Origin: Chrysomallon squamiferum
Taxonomy: Eukaryota > Animalia > Mollusca
NCBI GenBank assembly: GCA_012295275.1
Contig: CM022667.1
Span: 20,584,001-20,648,000 of the forward strand
Direction of reading: 5' to 3'
DNA length: 64,000 bases
The notes beneath the pieces are model-generated. The model was not told the DNA's origin and made no database searches. It was given only the letters and a program-made list of their open reading frames with translations. The translations under genes and the position numbers were made by a program. Of this stretch, positions 1-14,529 are shown piece by piece; within the stretch, counting starts at the first letter, position 1, and every line of letters begins with the position of its first letter.

Positions 1-1327
1 AATTTGGAACTTAATTATCTTTTTAACTACAGTGCATAAAAAGCTAGGCGACAGTTAATAAGTGCTTTTGCAGAATTGTATGCTTCTGATTTATAGTTAA
101 ACAGCTTCTTGTTTTTATTAAATTATTATTAAATAGACAGTACTTTATTTATTTTAATTTATATATTTTATTTCTTTTCATTACTATAAAGTTGAATTGT
201 CATCAACATAAAATGTTAGTTTTTATCTGTTGTGGTAAGGATCTTTTAGTTGATCAACAGAAATTATAATTTCTGTCTTGTTTCCAACTAGTAAAAATAT
301 AAAAGTACTTACTTAAAATGTTAACAGAAAATAACAAATTTTAATTAATTAAATTATTCAGTTTAAGCACTGGGATATATTTGTAGAAATTAAATTTGTT
401 CAGATATATACTTTAGCAGTATTTGTATTAATAGTAAACTTAAAAAGTAAACAAAGGCTTTTGATGTATGACTGCAGGTATTTTATATTTTTACATCAAC
501 TGCAATAGTGACTGATAAATTGAGATAATAATAAATTAGGTTTATTTTTAGGTTGACATTACTTTTACTAGTTCAAGATATTTATTACCTAAGGCAATAG
601 ACATTTGTCTTACAGTTTCATTTCATGTTCATAAAAAAGAGTAAATGTGATGTTTTAGACAAAAACTTTCAAGTACATATTTGCAAACAAACTAACCTCT
701 TACAGTCATTGTTAATTAAAAAAAAAATTTATAAATATTACATAATAGTGCTCTATCATTCAGTTGCTGTTGTATTTTCTTCACAATTAATTTTACTAAT
801 TGCTCTGTTAGTCACACACAATAAAATATAACTTAGTCAGCAATATTTAACATGAACGGATGCATTGATGAATCATGCATAGTCTTAACTGAAAGGGGAA
901 AAAATACAATTAAATACCTTTGATACATAAATTTATCAGCTTATTTGGTCTGTTAACTTTGTAAATGACAGCCATCTTAGCTGGCTTAGTAAAATTATAC
1001 ATGTAATCTTGGAGTAGGGGTATTAAGTCATATAACAATACCAGGTCAAGACCATCAGAAGTAAGGTGAATTTTAAAATCAGTATGGATAAGGTGAATTT
1101 TAAATATCAGTATGGATAATTTTGTCTTGAATCTTTATTTTGACTATATTATTATATTTTTGTTTTATATCTTTTGGCTTTTAATAGCTGTTTCTGAAGA
1201 GAGAGTGACACTAATAATTGAGCTCATAAAAAAATGATATATCTAGCATTTTATAGACCAAACATAGGCAAACCACATTGTTCATCATAAGGCAGGCTGC
1301 ACTATAAATAAACCAAAAATCTAAAAA

Positions 1328-1372
<45 letters not shown>
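1328..1372. repeat. (AAT)n microsatellite
   Basis: Direct run of aat triplets. Confidence 0.95.
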
Positions 1373-1377
<5 letters not shown>

Positions 1378-1622
1378 GGTCTGGATAAATGAACAACAAC
1401 AGCATAAAACCTGCAGAGTTGGTTTTTTTTGTTTTTTAGGTAGAGAGATGTCAGACTGCTTGACTGGCTTACTTTATCCAGAGAGTAAAGTTCATCAAGA
1501 AGTGCATTAGAGACAATAACAGTATTCATAAAGACATGGATAAAGATTGATAAACCATTCTGGATGTTACTGTGTTTTTAATTTCTGTGCGATAAATTAA
1601 CCACCATCAACATAAGTAAAAC

Positions 1623-3910
1623 ATGGAGTGGATTAGGCAGTTTCGTGATACACCTAGTCAGGACTGGCCCAATGTGGTAAGAGGTTGCCTTGCAGTGTGT
1701 GCTGAAAAGTTTCAGAAATTAAAATGGGAAAATGGAACAACTGTTGAAAACAAGCATTCCAGCAGTGTTGATGCCAACCCTTTGGATGGTTCAGCTTCAT
1801 CGGCTTATTCTGGCAGTAAGTAAAATATCATTTTCAGTTTTATGATGTAAAATAATTAATTTTGTTTCAAATTTGTACATTTTTGCCCAGTATTATGCAG
1901 AGGTGTGTTTTCAGAGAGGTTGGAATCTTCTAAATATTGAGAATTTTCAAAAACTCAAGTTTTTGTAATATTTAAGCTAAAGCTCATAAGTGGTTATGCT
2001 TATAGGTAAATACTATATATTTTAAATATAAATATAGTGCAAAATTTTATTTAGTGTGGAAAAGCCTTTGACAACTGGCATTTTATTATATTTTGTTTTA
2101 TTTTTAAAACATATTTTGGAGTAAATGAAATTTAAGTAGTATCATTAAATAGTAGTTTACATCACCGTGGCAAAAAGCAGTGTTTTGTTAAGGCTGGGTG
2201 AAATATGTGGCACCTTCCTTTTTACAATAGAGCTAACATGATAATTAAATACAAACACCAGTCAGATATACTGAGCATATTTGCTTCTTTAGTGTGTTTT
2301 ATTACTTTTAGAATAAAAAATAGATAACTTTGAATGTTGACAGATTTATTTACTAATTAAATACAAATACCAGTCAGATATACTGAGCACATTTGCTTCT
2401 TTAGTGTGTTCTAGTATTTTTCAAATAAAAATAGATAACTTTGAATGTCGTGTTTTGATTACCATTGAGAATGAATTAGAAAGAGTTAATTTCCAATCAT
2501 TTATCTTGTCAAAATAATGAATACATATATATGGTAAAACCCTGTGCAGTATCTCATCAAATTTAACTTTGTTAAAAATACATAACGTTCATAATTAACG
2601 GAATTAGGGGATTTCATTGATTAAAATTACAATTAAAGATAACAAATTCTGTCTCAAAAATAATTATATATAATTACCAACAACAAATTTAAAATTACTG
2701 AGAACAAATTAAAACTTCAGAATATCACCAGCAAACTCAGAAATAGTTATGGATAATAAATTCAGAATTATGACGATAAATTTAAAATGTTAAAAAACAA
2801 ATTCTGAAATAATTACAATAAATTGAAAATTAGCAACAATAATCTCAGCAATAGCTATAATTAAATAAATAGACAGTAACCTATTACAAACTCAAAATTA
2901 ACAACAAATCATAATTATGACAATAACTTTAAAAATCTGAAACTCTGAAAATGTTTGAAAAAGTGGTATAAATATCCAGCCTAAGTTACTATCAGTGGAT
3001 AATATTTCAGCAGGTAATGAAATGGTCATGTGTCAAGTCTAGCAAGTATATAACAGTAGACTGCAGCTTTGAATGAAAGTTCTCAGGTCAGTTGTTCACA
3101 CTGTCAGAGTGCTGTCTACATTGTGTGGATTACCTCAGTACAATGATAGTTATTATCCTGGCTTCCTTGTTATGATATTACACATTCTTTATGAAAACCT
3201 AATCAATGGAATGGAATCACAGTACAGCTTCTGTTACTGGATTATGTTGGAGTGCACACTGAGTGAATTGAGTACAACAATAGTGTGGTGATTACCAGGT
3301 TAAGCAGCTATTATTCTTTGTTCTTTTTACAGTTTGTCCTTCATTTCAAGGCTGATATTAATTCATCATAGAACACAAGAAGAATTATTTCACTTTATGT
3401 TTTCTTAAACTGCTGTAACTGTTAAATTTCTGTTGTTACTATATCATCTGTGGTTGAAAGAGAACCTGTTTATGGCTGCAGAGTTTGTTGTTATTTTAAT
3501 TTAAATAAAAATATTTTCAAATCTTGTGTTGTAGGAATAATGAACTATTGTTTTATCTGTGTAAGTTAGTAATTACTAGGGTATTAAAGACACAAGTGGC
3601 AGCTCAGACATGTACTGGCTATGTTAGACAGGTGATACTATGTATCAGTGGGTGCAGTGTTTACTTGTACAGTGTAGTGCTGGCCTACATGCTGTTAGAG
3701 CTTGTGTACTTTGGTGACTCACTCGCAAGTTTGACAGCACAATCAACCGTATATGCCTGCAGGAACAAGTAGTTGATTACGTGACCACAACAAAAAAAAC
3801 CTGTTGCCGTTGGAAGTAACTTTATTGTTGGGAAGGAATTTAAAACATTACAAAAATTGCAAATAAGGTAGTAACTAGAAAATAATACAGGTACAAATAA
3901 CAATCAGATA

Positions 3911-3965
<55 letters not shown>

Positions 3966-6900
3966 ATATACATAAATCACATAAAATTATTTGTAATTAA
4001 ATTGCTAAAAAGTAGACATACATGTGCAACAATTATACACAAACACAAATTAATTTTTTATTTATAATTTTATGTGACCTTTCATATATGAAACTGATAA
4101 TAATATTCTTATTCTGTTCACGCTGAAAATGTAGATATCTATAGTCTAGTTGAAGTAAACATGATAGTTATATTTGAACCACAGGTAATTTGTAAAAATG
4201 TCATAAATTCTTTAGGGTCTTTGAAAACATTACACTTTTAGTTAAACAGTTTTATCCTTGTCAACTTAGCAAGATGTTTTATTTTGATTTAAACTGGTAA
4301 CAGTTTCTTTTAATTTTGTTTTTAAGATTAAACACTTTTTCTTTTATTTAGCAAACTGCTCTGCAGCAGATACAAACACATCACCAGTGCTCACTGGCAG
4401 TCTTCTGTCAGATGACTGGGATTCAGAAGAAATCTCTCTGTCACACAGAGTCATGCCAAAATCCAGGCCACCACTGTCACCAGACACCTCATCACCTACC
4501 AGAACGTCATTCCAAGGAAGTTCAAGCAGTCTGTGCAGCAGCTCCGGCTTCTACACAAAGCGAGAAGTAGTACCTGCACAGAACATCACAGACATCAGCT
4601 GGGAACTTCTGCACTCAGGAATTGCAATTTTACCAGGTTTGCACATTTCTTTTTATCTGGATTATGTGGATTCTGTATAAATTAAATGTCCTTAAAAGTA
4701 GAATAATTTTAAAGATAGCAGTATCTCCAGATAACAGCAGTAAAAGAATGTGATATGTATTGAGTTTGTAGGTTGATTGATGGAGTGACTGAAGTAATGA
4801 CTTCTGACATACATAATGGACTGAGTGGGCATGTTCTTGAATTGTATTAACAATAACAAAGTATTTACTGTAAAACAAACTGCATTATCATCAACAAACA
4901 TGGAATATTTCCAGTTGTAATTAGATTGTTGTTGTTATTGTTATCTTTTTCATAAATGACATGAATTATTTAAATATAATATAAGAAGATTTAAAAAATT
5001 GTACTTAAATCTAATGTTTGTTTATCTGTAAACTACCACACAGAACACCTATGGTAGTGGAGCCTGTTTTCACTCATTTACATTAAAGTGAATATTTTTT
5101 TTGTCCTTCTATGAACCGTCCATCTAGAACTGGCATCTAGTTTGAAAACTGTTTAACATTAAATAAAATTGTTTTTAATCTGTTAACTGGTTATCAGACA
5201 TTTGTTAAAATCAGTTATTTGTTTCAGGATGCCGTGATGAAAGAGGCAATGCTGTTGTTTTTATTTTTACCAACAGTTCTATTTGGCACAATCGAAAAGT
5301 TTTCAGCATCGAATTGGCTCGACTGCTTATGTATTATTATTCTGTTCCACGGTAACTGATTCATTAACATTATTGTTTTAAAAAGTAAAATTATGATATT
5401 AAGTATTTGTTTTCTATAGTTATATTAATGCTCATGGTAAGAAGATCATATATTAATAAAAGCTGATCAGTAATTATTGATCATGTAATAAGTACATATT
5501 TCACTTGTGTGCACTTTTTTTATGTGATTATGCTGTAATACATTTCTTGTGTGTCCATTTTATAACAAGACCAATATATTATCATCTGAATATGTTCGTA
5601 GTTTATTAAAATTATAACAAAGTATTTTAAAAGTAGTTGATAAACTGTTTTGGTATTTCACAGAAGAGAAGCTGTTTGCAATGGTTTGACACTGGTTGCT
5701 GATGTACGTGGTGCAACATCCTCCATTATCAACACTTTGTTAGAATCTCTCTACATCTTCATTGTAAGTATAACATTTTTCACATTATTTTAATATGTTA
5801 ATATTTATCATTACATAAAACTGTTTATTTGTTGGCTATGCACATTCAAACTATTTAATTTTAAGCTACCAAATTAGTAGAGATATTGGGAGTAAAATTT
5901 CTTAGGGTTATGCCATTTTCCCTCTGCAGAGATAGGGTCTAATGGATTACTGTATTATAATGTATATGTAAACATCTGGCTGTTGGTGTTTGACATACAT
6001 CTACCACATTCTGTAGAGTAAGCAGTCAAGTAGAGAATAAGTTCTTAATGGTTACCAGTATATTGTATATTCCACTTTCAGGATTTTTAAAATGGGGGAG
6101 GGTGTCACTTAACAATGAGAACACAATAACTGGCTACTGATATCTCTGAGTTAGTTACAAATTTCTTCTGCAAATCTATCAAGTTATAAAGGAATTTGAT
6201 CATAATACATTCTTGGGCATTTTCATCAAAAGCTGGCTAATTTCTTCATGAGATTTTGTTTTGTGTTCATTTTATGATTGTTTTTATAAAATTTTGGTTC
6301 TCTAGAACTTTTAAATTCTAATATATTCAGGTAGTTATGCTTTTTTTTTTACATACACCTTAGATGTAGTTTATAATTAAAAAGATATTTTGAACTTTTA
6401 ATTTTTGCATTATTAAAATTTTCTATTTTATTGTATTTTCATGTTATCTTTAATGAGATGAGTTTTAAATTGGTGTTTCAGGACAATATTCCTAATGGCG
6501 TATCTGTGGTACACATGTTAGCTGACACAGCCGTCCAGTCTCTGGTCCTGAAGTCTCCAGTTTATGACTCTTCCTCAGATTTGAAGGTTTGGCACTATTT
6601 TTTTTTTTTTTTTAATTGTTGTTTATGTCTTATGGTTTGTTTTTAGTTTAATGAAGGAATGTTTAGTTTAACAGAAGCTGGTAAAGTAAACTGGTGTTGA
6701 AATTTTTCTGCTTTATTTCTTCCTGAGTATTCTTTGCAGCTTTTTATAATATTGATTCCTGTACTCTTTAACAAGTAAGATATTTGTATGTGACTAACAA
6801 CTGCATGTTTCTTCTACTTTAGAATGTATGTTCTCTTTATTTCAAAGGTTTTTGCTTCTTTTATTTTTTGTTCACTAGCTTGATCTGTTGATGTCACAAG

Positions 6901-9900
6901 AAACACTTTATCAAAGTGTTCCTCTCTCTGAACTTCCTTCTGCACTTGATGGTTCGTTTGTATATAATCACGAAGAGTGGATCCGCTTCAGAATGGTACA
7001 GATCACTCTCCTTCCTTTTAAAAAAGTTTTGATATTTTTCATTTTTAAAAAGCCTGAATTTATACAGATTGTTTAGAAAAAGTAAACCATTTTTTAAGTG
7101 TTCTTAAATAGAAAAATGTTTTTAATTGTTTAATACACTTTTGACTGCTTTAGCTGGCATAATGCATTAAACTATATTATAATGTTGTTTATGTCATGTC
7201 TGTACGATAATATAATTTCACCATATTTCAGATATTTGCTGTTAGATGGCAATACTGACCTCTTTAGTGAAGCGATTAAATTGTAATTTTAACTTAAAAA
7301 TAGTGACTATATTTGATAATTAAATTTACAGTTTTATTCTCTAATATTATTTTTTTTAATTTTGCTTAGACGCTTGAACCATTTCTTACAAACTGCCGTT
7401 CAGTGGTACAGTATCTAGTCGAAGCTACAGAGGAACTTTCCAAAACTAAAACATCAGCAAAGTCTCCTGAAGAAACTAGTCAGCTTATTGAGACTCACAG
7501 TGACTGTTTAAAGCAGATCTTTTCTGATCCACGACTGGTGCAGTTAAAAACTGAGAGTGAGACAACACTGAGTTCACTGAAGCAGAGCGGAATGCTGATT
7601 TCTCACTCCGATGATTACAGGTATTACACATCATGTCCATTTAATATTAAATTATACTAATTCTTTTGTGATTTTGTTATTTAAAACTGAAATCTCCTTT
7701 GTCTTGAAAAAGAATATTATTAAGATTTGATCATGTTTGGGTCTAGTATAAATAAATCAGAAAATATATTTACCTTCTTCTTGGTATTTAAACCAAATCA
7801 TGCAGGATAAATGATGGCTAAAAAAAAGTTCTTTAGTGTAATGTTATATCTGTCTACTAGTATTTGAAATGGAGATAAAAATGTGGAAAGATAACCAACT
7901 GTGGGGATGAAAGTTCTGAAGGACTGTATCATTCTCCTAAACAGTTTTAATGAAAAATGTAACCAGCAAGGAAAGAAAATAATTCTTCATCTATTAATTG
8001 GGTGGGTTTATGGTATTTAAAATGATAATATAAAATTTGGTTATACTCAGTGATTCTGAGGGAAAAGATACTGCTCATCTATACAGTAATTTTCGGCTTA
8101 ACAAATTTTTCTACCCAAAGATTCTTCAATAGATTTAAGAGCAGAAGCATAAAAGTACAATTTATTAGCTGTTGTCATGCTACCTTGGTAACAAAAGCAA
8201 AATATTTTTCTCTGATTCAATTATTCTGTACCTAAAACTTGAATGTGTCTTAATTCTTCTCCATTTGAAGTTTTATTTTGTGTGTTTTAGGTATGCTATA
8301 GATGAGGTGAACAGTCTGGACTGCCAGTTACGCGAGACAATAATAAAACTGGTCAAAATGAGGGATAGTCAGCTGAGCAAACTGAAACTGAACCAGCAGC
8401 TTAGAGAGTACAAAGAAGAATGTGATAAAGTAAGTGTTATTTATATTAACAATGCTGGATACCAGGCTGTGTATTCTGCAAGCTTGGGGCCAGATTTTTT
8501 AATTTTCTTGTATTCTGGATTAAAGAATGAAATTTTATTTAACAGATAACTAATACACTTCTGAAACTGATTTTGTGGAAGATGAATAAATAATCTAGTA
8601 CCACTAATGTAGTATATGTTTCAAAATTTATCAGTTTCAGACCTTACAATTTGCTTAAAGAGAATTAACTTTAATAATAAAATAAACATGATAAAAACAA
8701 AACATTAATGATCATTCAGTTCCACTAACTGACGTAAATAAATGATCTAATCTGGCTTCACTGTATAAACTCTGTAGTAAAGAATTTAAAAAAAATCATA
8801 TTTGCAATCAGTAAACAGAGTTTACCTCCTACATTGAAAATATTCTTAAGATTTCCTTTTAACTGTAATGAAATATGAAGCAGTCTGTCAGATTATATAT
8901 TTTTGGTGAAAATGTTTTTAGAAAGAATATTCCAGATCTCCTATAAATTTATTGCATATCTGCTATACATTTAAGTTAGTAGTTTAGAAATAAAGCCACC
9001 AAACATGTTTAATTTATTTACAGGTAATTTCCTGGATGTCTGAAGATGGTTACGTCACTCTACAGAAACACCACATCCTTGGCGATAATCTTAAAGCTAT
9101 ACGAATTCAGCAGAGGGAGTTTGAAAAATTCTATTTCTTAGCAATGGTAAGGTTTTATTCACATTTCTGTTTTGTTTTGGGGTTTTTTTCTGAAGTTTGT
9201 ATTCTTCTTAAAGTCATTTTGCATCATGTTACAGTGAAACAAGGACATAAATTTTAAGGATAAATTGAGATATCCAGTAAAATTTTATATCTGTTTATAT
9301 ATTTTTATATATTTATACATATATGACACAATGAATCTTAAGTTTCTAGATACTGACTTATCATTCAAAACTTTTTAAATTTCAAAAGCATTTTAAAAAA
9401 TTATTCATTCCTGTTAATGTTTATCTTTGCCTACACGGGTCTGACAGTAAATCTTTCTGCTGATTGTGAATATTTTTCTCAAAGTGTTTTGTAAATTATA
9501 AATATTGACAGATTCTTAACAGAAATAGTTATGGATTTTTGGAAGTTATTTAAACAAACAATGCTTCTTCATTGTTTACATTTATTTTTATTGAAAAGAA
9601 GCAAATATTCTTGTTTGTTTTCATTGACACTGAACTTGTTCTGTCTGAGTTCAAAAGAACCAAATTTAGAAACACAAATTGTTTTTATTGGATTTTTTTG
9701 TAGAATTTTGAGTATAAAAAAATATTTTTTACTGTCTTCATCATAAGATATCTGGGTCTGAAAAAATATTTCTATAATGCACAAAATGTAATCAGTCTGG
9801 GTGTAGAATACACGAATCTCTCAGTAACATTCAGTGAGCTTCTGTTCATGAAGGAAGGTTGCATATCAAATTTCTTCTGACACCTGAAACTGAAATATTT

Positions 9901-11484
9901 CAAAACTAAATGTGCTTTGTGTTGTATCATAAAATTACTCATAAATATTCACAAATGTTATTCTTTCGGAAAATGTTTCTGATTTTGTGACTTAGTACAA
10001 GTAAGTTTTCTCCTAACTGATTCTTGATAAAGTGTTCAATCACTGTTTATATTCTGTGAGTTATTGTTTGATAAATGACATACAATACTGAAATTAATTC
10101 ATCTTCAGTTATAATTATGGTTTGTATTTTACCTATAATATGACTGAATAATTTATTTATTACAATATTTTTTTTTAATTTTAGATGTAATATCGTCTTT
10201 CTTTTTTTAAATTTTTGTTACTGATATATTACTTCTTTTTTTTTCTTTTCTTTTTTTTAAAACTAAAACTTGATTTTGTTTTGATTTTTCAGACTTACAT
10301 TGAAAAAGGGAATGATCTTTTGGAAGAGTCGAACATGCTGTCACAGCTAGGAAGCACAGAGAGAAGTGCAGGGTACAAAGATCTGGCCGGCATGTTAAAA
10401 CATCACCTGCACGATTTCATCTCACAACTTGAACAAACTCGGGAGAAAATTGAGGACACAGCCAAATGTTACAATCATCTTGACAAGGTTTGTTTTTTTC
10501 AGTTTATCTCTGAAACTACTGGTGATATATAAAACAAAATTATTATATTTAAACAAATTAAAGATATTTTGTTTGTGTCAGTGTGTGTGTATGTGTGTGG
10601 TTGCAAATAAATAGTTCAGTTTTATAGAAATATCTATACTCACTTGTAATAAACAGCTTTCTGTAAGTTAATATAATTATTGCAACATTTTAATATTCAA
10701 AAATATATATACACTGAGACTTGTAATAGTTAGTAATGATGACCTTCAAATAACTAAACATTGATACATCAAAAATCTTAAAATCATTTATTGTCCCAAA
10801 CTACTGATTTAATAGAAATTAGTCTTTGAAAACTGCAAGTGCCAGAATGGTCAAACTATTAGTTTTCTTGATAAATACAGAACAATAAGTCACTGATTAA
10901 TGCTGTCCTTGATTGTCTGTGTTTTATGGTATTTTTTCATGTTGAGCCTCATTACTTAATACATAATTGCAGACAGACTTCAAAGAACTTTTGTTGTTAA
11001 CTGATAAAGTTCACTGATTGGTGTTTACTTTGCTTACAAACAAGTGTATCATATCTAACATGCTATTTGCTCTTAAATGCAGTTAATGTTTATACATCTG
11101 TTGAACCGTAAAAATTCTTCTGAAATATTAATGTGTTTGTATGGAATTACAGACACTATTGTGAAAGTAATTTCTTTAAGAAACCACGCACAAAGTCTTT
11201 CATTACTAACTTTTTTGACAATGATATATTAAACTGGTGATTTTTTTGGTTAAATGTTGTATTTCTGGCAGAAGTGTTATTTATAAGTATACTTGTATTA
11301 ATTACTAATTTAGTTAGTATTTTGGGAGGTTGCTTTTTTAGAATGTGTATGTTTTTAAATATTTGTACATCTAGTGCTATGAACTCTTCAGTACATATTG
11401 ATTACATCTGCTAAGTTTAGAAATCTCAAAATACATGAACTTTGTATTTTTCCCTTTATAGTTATGTTTATATTTTTATTAATG

Positions 11485-11516
<32 letters not shown>

Positions 11517-11639
11517 ATCAGTTTCATCTATTTATTTATTTATTTTGTTATTTACTTAGTTTACCAAATACAAAAGGATGAAAATATTATAAAACTCTAC
11601 CAATTTTTGCTGACCCCCTTCCATCTCAATGTATCAGAG

Positions 11640-11681
<42 letters not shown>

Positions 11682-14474
11682 ACATGTGCGTGCACACATC
11701 AAGAATCTGTAAATACATAGTATAATTTGCTTTTAATTAAAGTTGTGTTGAATTGTTAAACATATTATAATGGCAGATAAAGAAAAGAGTTATTTATAAA
11801 TAATTTTGCGATGCTTGAAATGTAAAAATATGTACAGAAAAGCTTTAACTATTTAACACTCAAGTAGCCGGTTATAAAACAAATCATATGCATTTGTTTA
11901 AGTTTTAAAATTAATCAGTGAACATTAGAAATCCTTTGTTACTGGTTTGTTGATGACAAGTCTAACTTCATATTGAACTTTACAAAGTGAGAAATATGCA
12001 GTGGATTTTTCACTAGACGGCTGGGAATCAGAATGTATAAACAGAGCTTGTTTACTTGTTCTTTGTTTCTGTGGTAAACCACAAGTCTTCTCAAATGAGT
12101 GAGACCAAATATTGATTTTTGTTATTTGAAAAGTGTTTTGTGTGTATGTGTGTTTGTCTGTGACTATTATGCTAGTCATATCAGTCAGTTAAATATACTG
12201 TCAAAGTATCAACTATTAACTCATTTTTAATCATTTTCATTTGTCTACAATTTTCTTTCATGAAAATAATTTAGATTAATAATGTGTATGTGTTTTGACT
12301 GAAAGATTTTTATTACTCTCTTGTTTTCCTTTTTAATTTCTTTCTATATTTATTTTTTATTATTAATTATTTTTATTTATTTATTTTTATTTTTTTTTAA
12401 ATTGCCTTATTTTATTTTCCATTTAATTGAACTTTGAAGTTGTGAATTTTCAAAGATTTTTATTTTTTTATTCTAGCGCAATGTTGATATACTTTACAGA
12501 GTTATGAAAAAAAATTAAACTGAATATTTGGAACCTATAAGCTTTGTCACAGACAATCCAGCTTCAGAGTAGGCCCTGAAAATTTTTAGTTTCTTTAAAA
12601 TATCAGTTCTGTGCCAACAGCACCAAAAAATTAAATAATTAAAAATTCATAACTTTGGAACTGATTGACTGACAACTTTGAATTTCTTTTTACTGAAAAA
12701 GATCTATTGTTAGGAGCCAAACCTTGTATTTTTCAAAATGAAAATCACTTTTGTGTCTCTGGTATCTGTGAAAACAAATAGATGCTTATCTACTCTGTTA
12801 TTACAGCATTCATATTATGATACTGAGGAAAGTCTTTCATCTTTTACAACGTATTACCTTTGTTTCGTAATTGGAGATCTTTCTCTCTTTACTTTTTTGT
12901 TGTTGTTTTTTTGTTTTGTTATCAGACCAAAAATATATATATGAAATGACAGAAAAATTTAAGAACAGTTATTAGATATGCTTATATAATTTGTTGCCTA
13001 ATATAAAATTGCTAAACTAAAAAGTAATGATAAAAAAAATTAAGAATAGTTATTTGATATGTTCGTATAATAAATTAATAATATGAATAAATTTGTAAAC
13101 TTGAATATACGTAGGTAATTATTTATCCATTTCAGAAATCTTTATTAGCTAATTTTAATTTATATTATTATTATTATTATTATTATTTTTTTTTTTTTTT
13201 TTTTTTTTACATATATATATATATATATAAATATAAATATTAAAGATAAATGCAACTAAAAATAAAAATAAAAGAGTGTACTTGTACTTTTATTTTCTTT
13301 GTTTAAATTGGAAAAAAAAAACCCCTGAAAAAAACAAAACAAAGGGAATTTGTTGATTTCTTAATTCACTGTTTATTTAAAGAATTCAGCATGCTGGACA
13401 CTGTGTTTAAAACGTGTTTGAAGATCAACATGATGATGATGTTGACAGAACACAGATTACACACTGAGAGACAGTCAATGTCAAGTTACACTTTCTTTTA
13501 ATAACAGTCACGTAACAAAAGACAAAACAGTCATTTAAAAAGCTCCAGTTTTGTTATTTATTTGTGTGTTTGTGTGTATGTGTATGTGTGAGTGCAAACA
13601 ATTTTGTGTATGACAGTTAAATGCTGACAGTGTAAATGGCCAATTATTTTAAGAAAATAGTTACAAAATGTTCAGAATAATCTTAAATTGATCAATGATT
13701 GAAATTGAATAATAATAATAAACTTCTTACATTGTTTCAAAACTATTAGAGATTATTCATTTACAGTTTACTGAATTATAGTTAACTGTTCAGACATTTG
13801 CTTTTTTGAAACATATTTTTAACTCTAGCAAACAGATGCATCTTATGACTTTATAAACATTTACAGTTCTTAAGCTTATAAGGATTTTTTCCTTGTTTTC
13901 CCTCTTCTCGTCTTCTTTTTCATTTGCATTGTTGTTATGATTTAAATGCACAGAACTGAAAATATTTGGAAATGTTTCCTCAGAAGAGATTAACTGTCAA
14001 AGGGCCAGTTGAAGTCACTGAGTCCAAGTAAAATTATTATTGATTTTTTCATGTTCTCTCTAGCCATATTTCAAACACTTGGTAGCACTCTTTGTCCCAA
14101 ATGTGTGTGTGTATTGTGTGTGTGAGATGTAAAAATTATTAATACGATCTATTTTTTAAGAATTCTAGATATTACTAAGAATGTTTTCTGTAAGTAAAAT
14201 ATTCCAAACAAAAACCAACAAAATTAAACATAACACAACATAGCATAACAACTCAAAACAAAATCACAAATGTTGTAAAGAAAAAGTCAGTATTATGGTA
14301 GATACAGAACAATACCATTTATTTTATTTTGATAAATTATTTAGTCATTTTGACAGTCATTTTTTTTGACACTTTAATTTAAAAAAAATGTGCAGGTTTA
14401 TTTGGTTCTCAGGAATTTAATATGCAACAGATTGTGTTTAGTTATTTATCTTAATACTAATCCTTTAAATGTGT

Positions 14475-14529
<55 letters not shown>

